From the IMG/VR virus record IMGVR_UViG_3300045988_054057, positions 1-31,173 of that record: a stretch of DNA of 31,173 bases. One strand, given 5' to 3'. The stretch's first letter is position 1. The number at the start of each line of letters is the position of its first letter. Below, in pieces: positions 27,288 to 31,173 of this stretch. This stretch comes from a virus. Under the pieces are notes generated by a model. The model was given only the letters and a program-made list of their open reading frames with translations, had not been told where the DNA came from and did not search any database. A program made the position numbers and the translations under genes.

Positions 27288-27324
27288 TGTTATAACGGAA
27301 AAAATCAGAAATGTCTGTTATAAC
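27286..27324. repeat. Direct repeat TCTGTTATAAC x2 (27286-27296, 27314-27324)
   Basis: Read directly; located in the attP left arm. Confidence 0.8.
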
Positions 27325-27448
27325 CTCAAACAATTATCAAAAAATCTTTTCCTATTAAATAACTTCCTTTTATATCTAAGATAAAAAAATAAAACTTGAA
27401 CTTTCTTGAAAGCTATGCTAAACTAACAATGTGAGCAATGAACTTGTG

Positions 27449-27517
27449 GAGTTTTAGAAGTCAGTACCTAAAACAGACCCTAAAATCTAAAAGCAGCGAT
27501 ATGATTGAGTTTTAGAA
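27449..27517. repeat. Direct repeat GAGTTTTAGAA x2 (27449-27459, 27507-27517)
   Basis: Read directly. Confidence 0.8.
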
Positions 27518-27533
27518 ACTCCCACCGGCTCCA
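27518..27533 (+). other. Candidate attP core: mimic of a tRNA/tmRNA 3' end (ACTCCCACCGGCTCCA)
   Basis: Reads as the end of a T loop, T-stem 3' strand CCCAC, acceptor 3' strand CGGCTCC and discriminator A. No 5' half is present. int is adjacent and in the opposite orientation. Confidence 0.45.
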
Positions 27534-27540
27534 TATATAC

Positions 27541-27570
27541 TTTCTAAAACTTCTTAAAACTTCCCAAAAC
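27541..27570. repeat. Three tandem 10-bp phased A-tract units (tttctaaaac ttcttaaaac ttcccaaaac)
   Basis: Read directly. Confidence 0.85.
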
Positions 27571-27632
27571 ATTGATAATTCAATGTTTTTTATTTTTATA
27601 CTTTCTATTCTTTCCCATACCTTTTTGAAATT

Positions 27633-27653
27633 AACAGACCCAAAAACAGACCC
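27633..27653. repeat. AACAGACCC x2 (27633-27641, 27645-27653) with a third copy at 27472-27480; candidate integrase arm sites
   Basis: Read directly. The copies lie on both sides of the candidate core. Confidence 0.6.
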
Positions 27654-27677
27654 TTTTTTTCGGAAGGGTCTGTTTTT
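27642..27677 (-). terminator. Bidirectional hairpin terminator downstream of int
   Basis: cagaccctt / aagggtctg 9-bp stem flanked by A5 and T5 runs, 12 nt beyond the int stop. Confidence 0.75.
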
Positions 27678-27688
27678 ATGTTATTTGT

Positions 27689-28771
27689 TTAAAAATCAAT
27701 ATAGTTTGCGAATTTCTCACCAATATCATCTTTGGCTTGTTTTGTGATATGTGTGTATACATTCATGGTTGTCTTTAGATCTGAATGACCAAGACGATGC
27801 TGGACCTGCTTCAATGTCATTCCTGCTTCAAAGCACAAGCTGGCATGTGTATGCCTAAAACCGTGAATCTTGATTGGCTTGATATCTGTCCCTTTTACGA
27901 TTTGCAAAAGCCACTTTCTGGGCAATGAGCTTGGAATAGGCTTTCCTTCAGGGCTTTCAAAAATGAAAGTGGTAGTAGGATTCATTTCCTTGTACTCTGA
28001 TAGTAGATCAATTGTCCTTTGATCAAGGCTAATCAGTCGGACACTACTCTTGTTTTTAGTAGCTCCCACAGATTCGCCCTCAAAACCTCTTGTAATGGCC
28101 TTGTTTATGTTCAAGGTGTTATCTATCCAGTCAGTCCATTTGAGAGCTAAAATCTCCCCTTTTCTGGCTCCTGTGAACGCAAAAAGACGAAATATGACTT
28201 TCTTTCTCAGATCATCCGTATCATCCACTAATTTCATGAATGCTTTTAACTCATCTTTATCATAAAAATCACTAGAAGAATCACTCTCTTTTTTGACAAG
28301 AGTGGTGACACTATCAACAGGATTGGTTGAAATATAACCATAACGGATGGCATATTTGAAAATGTTATTCATCAGACCTTTCAACTTGCGCCCGTACACT
28401 AATTTTCTGGACCACTCATTGATCTGTTCCTGTAGCTGAAGAGGAGTGATGGAAGCTATTTTCTGACTACCCAAAACAGGATAGATGTGATTTTTGATAT
28501 TTCTTTCAGTCTTGATGTAAGTGCTATCCTGAACAGTGTCAGCGTACTCTTTGAGCCATTTCTTTGCAACTTCCTCAACTGTAATGTCTTTCTTTGTTTG
28601 CTCCCCATTCTCTAAATCATCTTGAAGTTGCAATAGTGCTGACCGTGCCTTTGCTTTGGTTGGAAATCCTTGACGCTTGACATACTTATCTTTTCCGTTC
28701 TCCTTGCCTACATAGATCCGAAATCCGTAGGCAGTCTCACCATTTTTCTTTTTGTAAGCTTTAATTTGCAT
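27689..28771 (-). CDS. int: Tyrosine integrase (full length, 360 aa)
   Basis: N-terminal arm-binding-type domain (AYKKKNGETAYGFRIY), SAM-like core-binding domain, and catalytic TGARKGEIL, HGFRHTH, LGHSDLKTTMNVYTH. Confidence 0.95.
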   Translation of the reverse strand: MQIKAYKKKNGETAYGFRIYVGKENGKDKYVKRQGFPTKAKARSALLQLQDDLENGEQTKKDITVEEVAKKWLKEYADTVQDSTYIKTERNIKNHIYPVLGSQKIASITPLQLQEQINEWSRKLVYGRKLKGLMNNIFKYAIRYGYISTNPVDSVTTLVKKESDSSSDFYDKDELKAFMKLVDDTDDLRKKVIFRLFAFTGARKGEILALKWTDWIDNTLNINKAITRGFEGESVGATKNKSSVRLISLDQRTIDLLSEYKEMNPTTTFIFESPEGKPIPSSLPRKWLLQIVKGTDIKPIKIHGFRHTHASLCFEAGMTLKQVQHRLGHSDLKTTMNVYTHITKQAKDDIGEKFANYIDF

Positions 28772-28801
28772 TTCATTCTCCTTTAAAAAATGGAGATCTT
28801 T

Positions 28802-29080
28802 TTATTTTAGCTTCTTTAAAAGCTCAATTATCTCTTCATTTTGTTGGATTAAGATTTGATTTTGTTGAATCTGAACTTTTTCCAATGCTCCCGGACCACT
28901 TGCATTCATTATTGCCACAGCTTTGCTGTCCATAACATTTCCAATATAGGCAGCCTGTTCTGGGTATTTTTCCAAAATGTTCAGCATGTTATTTTTTTCA
29001 AAATAAGGATAAGCATCATTGTAGTATTTTTGTTTTTGAGCAATTTCTTTTTCATCATTATTTTTCCCAAAAATAGCCAT
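28802..29080 (-). CDS. Hypothetical 92-aa protein in the lysogeny operon
   Basis: AAGGAG RBS. Located between ImmA-like and int. No TM segment or signal peptide. Confidence 0.55.
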   Translation of the reverse strand: MAIFGKNNDEKEIAQKQKYYNDAYPYFEKNNMLNILEKYPEQAAYIGNVMDSKAVAIMNASGPGALEKVQIQQNQILIQQNEEIIELLKKLK

Positions 29081-29094
29081 CGTTTTTCTCCTTT

Positions 29095-29475
29095 TTAACT
29101 AATTAGTGAATTATATTCGTCTTTGACCATCGTTTCATTTGCGATGGTCTTTAGACTGTACTTTTCCATGAAATGCAGATAATTGAATTCCTTGATATCA
29201 TCCATCAATTTCAACTCTTCTTCAAGTAAATGATGAATCATGCTTCTATCAGCCTGCAATTCGCAAAGCTCCCTGTTCAATTCGTATTGGACAGGAGTGT
29301 GTTCTTTGTGACCAAGTTCATGAAGAGCAACTTGTTTTTGTTCCTCATTCGACAGATTTATATCCAATGCCAAAACATTCAACACTGGATTAAAGAATCC
29401 GGGACTGTGCCACTCACTGCCATCAAAATAGCACAAGCTTACTCCCTCATTTGCACAAAGTTCTTTCACAGTCAT
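29095..29475 (-). CDS. ImmA/IrrE-family zinc metallopeptidase
   Basis: HELGHKEH (HExxH). ATG 29475 lies behind AGAGGTG. Immediately downstream of the XRE repressor. Confidence 0.8.
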   Translation of the reverse strand: MTVKELCANEGVSLCYFDGSEWHSPGFFNPVLNVLALDINLSNEEQKQVALHELGHKEHTPVQYELNRELCELQADRSMIHHLLEEELKLMDDIKEFNYLHFMEKYSLKTIANETMVKDEYNSLIS

Positions 29476-29486
29476 AAAATGCACCT

Positions 29487-29834
29487 CTATTTATTTTTTA
29501 AGTGTGCCTCCAGAACCGCTGTAATGAAATCTATATCTTCTTCAGTCAATGGTTTTCCATCAAACAGCATTGATTGAGCAGCGACATCTCTGAGGTCTAA
29601 TGGTGCAGAAGCATCACCATCTTTTGCAATGTTTGGATTTTCTGTACGTCCCAATAGGTAGTCGGTGGAAACATTAAAAAAATCAGCAATTTTTGAAACC
29701 CGTTCAACATTCGGAGTGGACTTCTTCATGTTATAAATAGTATTTCTACTAAAACCCAAATTTTCTTCAAGTTTATTTAATGAAATACCCTGTTTGTCAG
29801 CCAATTCTTTTATTTTTTCAAATGTAAAAAACAT
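29487..29834 (-). CDS. cI-like XRE-family repressor
   Basis: HTH QGISLNKLEENLGFSRNTIYNM. Divergent from the cro-like gene. ATG 29834 is preferred over the track start at 29864. Confidence 0.85.
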   Translation of the reverse strand: MFFTFEKIKELADKQGISLNKLEENLGFSRNTIYNMKKSTPNVERVSKIADFFNVSTDYLLGRTENPNIAKDGDASAPLDLRDVAAQSMLFDGKPLTEEDIDFITAVLEAHLKNK

Positions 29835-29871
29835 TGATTTATCAACCTTTCTGAGGCATGACAAAAAATAT

Positions 29872-29887
29872 TTAATAAATTTACTAC
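29872..29887. promoter_or_regulatory. Operator-like site O1, TTAATAAA|TTTACTAC
   Basis: Related to the perfect palindrome at 29905-29920; centre-to-centre distance 33 bp. Confidence 0.55.
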
Positions 29888-29894
29888 AAAACTG

Positions 29895-29923
29895 TTGACA
29901 ATTAGTAATAAATTTATTACAAT
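29895..29923 (+). promoter_or_regulatory. Rightward (lytic, cro-side) sigma-A promoter, TTGACA-17-TACAAT
   Basis: Read directly. Confidence 0.65.
29905..29920. promoter_or_regulatory. Operator-like site O2, the perfect 16-bp palindrome GTAATAAATTTATTAC
   Basis: Self-complementary. Lies in the spacer and -10 of the rightward promoter. Confidence 0.65.
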
Positions 29924-29936
29924 ACTATTTGTAAGC

Positions 29937-29952
29937 TAAAGAGTTAGCGAAT
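29937..29952. repeat. Left arm of a 16-bp inverted repeat (TAAAGAGTTAGCGAAT)
   Basis: Complementary to 30079-30094 (15 Watson-Crick pairs plus 1 G-T). Confidence 0.85.
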
Positions 29953-30046
29953 AAGACAAACCAAATAATAAACCTAAAAAAACTGATTGGCGTCCGTTTG
30001 GTCTAGGTATAACTTGCTATTTAGTAGGTCTTTTCTCTATGTTCTG

Positions 30047-30075
30047 ATTTTAATAAATTTATTTATTAATGTCAA
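30047..30075 (-). promoter_or_regulatory. Leftward sigma-A promoter, TTGACA-17-TAAAAT on the - strand, facing the rightward promoter
   Basis: The reverse complement of 30045-30078 reads ttcTTGACAttaataaataaatttatTAAAATca. Confidence 0.55.
30050..30065. promoter_or_regulatory. Operator-like site O3, TTAATAAA|TTTATTTA
   Basis: Same half-site family. Lies in the spacer of the leftward promoter, 145 bp from O2. Confidence 0.55.
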
Positions 30076-30078
30076 GAA

Positions 30079-30094
30079 ATTCGCTAACTTTTTA
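30079..30094. repeat. Right arm of the 16-bp inverted repeat (ATTCGCTAACTTTTTA)
   Basis: Complementary to 29937-29952. Confidence 0.85.
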
Positions 30095-30120
30095 AATAAT
30101 TTTAAAAAGGAGGATCAGAA

Positions 30121-30333
30121 ATGAGCCAACAACATCAAAAATGGATTCAGTTAGTCAAAGATAAACTGATTTCAGAAGGAATGACACAAACACATTTAGC
30201 CCGTGCTTGTGGTGTGAAGAAACCCACGATTTCCGAACTGCTCAAATATGGTAAAGGCAGCAACAAACTGAAGAACCGTGTTTGTGATGTTTTAGGTATT
30301 GATGAAACATGGGTAGATTCAGAAGAACTGTGA
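30121..30333 (+). CDS. Cro-like XRE-family HTH protein
   Basis: MTQTHLARACGVKKPTISELL HTH, 70 aa, strong AAGGAGG RBS, first rightward gene. Confidence 0.75.
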   Translation: MSQQHQKWIQLVKDKLISEGMTQTHLARACGVKKPTISELLKYGKGSNKLKNRVCDVLGIDETWVDSEEL

Positions 30334-30343
30334 GGAAGTTTGA

Positions 30344-30622
30344 ATGGTATTAGAATTATTCGGCCCAGAGTTCAAAGATAAACTATTTGAAGAGCTGGTT
30401 CAATTAAATATCAAAGCATTGGATGAAGCTAAAAAAAGAACATCAAGACAGATCACATGGGTCTCCATCAAAGAGCTTCAAGCATCCACAGGCTGGGGAA
30501 GAACAAAACTCGAAGAATGGAGAGACCAAGGAAAATTTCAATTTCAGCAATCTGGAAAAGGTGGGAAATACCTTTACAATCTGGAAGATGTTCAGCGGTT
30601 TTGTCGCTCAATGCAAAAATAA
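30344..30622 (+). CDS. Excisionase-family / MerR-like HTH DNA-binding protein
   Basis: WVSIKELQASTGWGRTKLEEWRDQGKF...YNLEDVQRF pattern. Confidence 0.5.
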   Translation: MVLELFGPEFKDKLFEELVQLNIKALDEAKKRTSRQITWVSIKELQASTGWGRTKLEEWRDQGKFQFQQSGKGGKYLYNLEDVQRFCRSMQK

Positions 30623-30687
30623 AAGCACCCGAAAATTCAGGCGCTTAACAAAATTACTAAAACAATTATAACACAAGGAGGCCGCAC

Positions 30688-31020
30688 ATGGCAATATCTA
30701 GAGAGATGACAGCCACTGAGGCAAATGTCCTTAACTACATCAAAAATAATGCAACAAACGGATCACCAATTACAGCAAAACAGCTCAGAAAAAAAATTCA
30801 CTGTGGCAAGAGAACATTGGAAAACATCATTGAAAGCTTGCGTGTGAATTTTGGGCATCCTATAGTTGCAAAGAAGAGAAAACCCAATGGGTATTACCTT
30901 CCTAAAAATGATGAAGAACGGAATGAGGGATTGGCACCCTACAAGCGCCAAATCTTGACAGAACAAAAGAACCTGGCAGCAATCATGGCTGTCGACTTGA
31001 ATGAATACTGGAGGAATTAA
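30688..31020 (+). CDS. Hypothetical protein, possible winged-helix (110 aa)
   Basis: AAGGAGG RBS. ITAKQLRKKIHCGKRTLENIIESL is HTH-like. Confidence 0.5.
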   Translation: MAISREMTATEANVLNYIKNNATNGSPITAKQLRKKIHCGKRTLENIIESLRVNFGHPIVAKKRKPNGYYLPKNDEERNEGLAPYKRQILTEQKNLAAIMAVDLNEYWRN

Positions 31021-31022
31021 AA

Positions 31023-31173
31023 ATGTTACTAGAAATTATTATTGCTTTACTCATCATGGTGATCTTGCTTCAAATGATTATCATCAGCGCAATTAGTGAG
31101 CGATGCAAAGAATCAAAGCGTGAACTCAAAAAAATGATTGAAGAACAGCAACGCATTCAAGAAGCACGGGAAG
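31023..31173 (+). CDS. Small protein with hydrophobic N-terminus (MLLEIIIALLIMVILLQMIIISAI...). The ORF runs off the end and continues in frame at 1..81 (58 aa on the circle)
   Basis: ATG at 31023 lies 2 nt after the orf110 stop. The frame is preserved through the 55-bp overlap and the stop TAG is at 79-81. Confidence 0.5.
   Translation, partial: MLLEIIIALLIMVILLQMIIISAISERCKESKRELKKMIEEQQRIQEARE
31119..31173. repeat. Terminal redundancy: identical to 1-55
   Basis: Direct comparison of both window ends. Confidence 0.95.

Noticed and set aside
27380-27440. Promoter-like TTGAAC-17-TAAACT in the attP left arm
   Set aside because: There is no downstream gene on this strand in the phage, and the match is only moderate in AT-rich DNA. 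It could matter only after integration, which cannot be assessed here.
27500-27533. A complete tRNA or tmRNA gene at the attP region
   Set aside because: Only the last 16-17 nt of an acceptor/T arm are recognisable, with no D arm, anticodon arm or 5' acceptor strand. It is interpreted as the attP core copy of a host gene end.
27505-27747. 80-aa ORF in the attP region that overlaps the int 3' end
   Set aside because: It has no RBS, crosses a terminator hairpin and repeat arrays, and its composition is typical of AT-rich non-coding DNA.
30623-30687. Possible terminator hairpin (aagcaccc...ggcgctt) after the Xis-like gene
   Set aside because: The stem contains a mismatch, is short, and lacks a following T-run. 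This is not convincing.

Overview
The window is a complete, circularly closed genome of a temperate cos-type, HK97-like siphovirus. Bases 1-55 equal 31119-31173, so the unique length is about 31,118 bp. The host is probably a low-GC Gram-positive. The int / metalloprotease / cI-like / cro-like lysogeny cassette and the late-gene order look streptococcal (Sfi21-like), but that is inference only.

Gene order on the + strand:
- cro-like, Xis-like, orf110 and a small membrane ORF that wraps the contig junction
- Replication: DnaB-like helicase, replisome organizer, DnaI/DnaC-like loader
- MazG-like, DUF3310-like, an HTH protein, SSB and DUF1642-like accessory ORFs
- ArpU-type late regulator
- A repeat-bracketed cassette: tRNA-like element, catalytic-domain-only tyrosine recombinase, YopX fusion, orf103
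- HNH, cos region, TerS, TerL, portal, prohead protease, major capsid protein, connector proteins, major tail protein
- G/GT chaperone with a -1 frameshift, tape measure, Dit, a 1422-aa Tal/receptor-binding protein
- Two holins and a CHAP-SH3b lysin, then the attP region

Only int, orf92, ImmA-like and the repressor are on the - strand.

Most unusual observations:
1. A 1.75-kb cassette flanked by 41/47-identical promoter-like direct repeats. It carries a non-canonical tRNA-like gene (8-nt anticodon loop) and a second, truncated tyrosine recombinase.
2. A genetic switch with two near-consensus promoters placed face to face about 125 bp apart, three related operators and a 16-bp inverted-repeat bracket.
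3. A highly structured attP with a tRNA/tmRNA 3'-end mimic.

No CRISPR array, reverse transcriptase or rRNA was seen. All family names come from motifs I recognise by eye and need HMM or BLAST confirmation.
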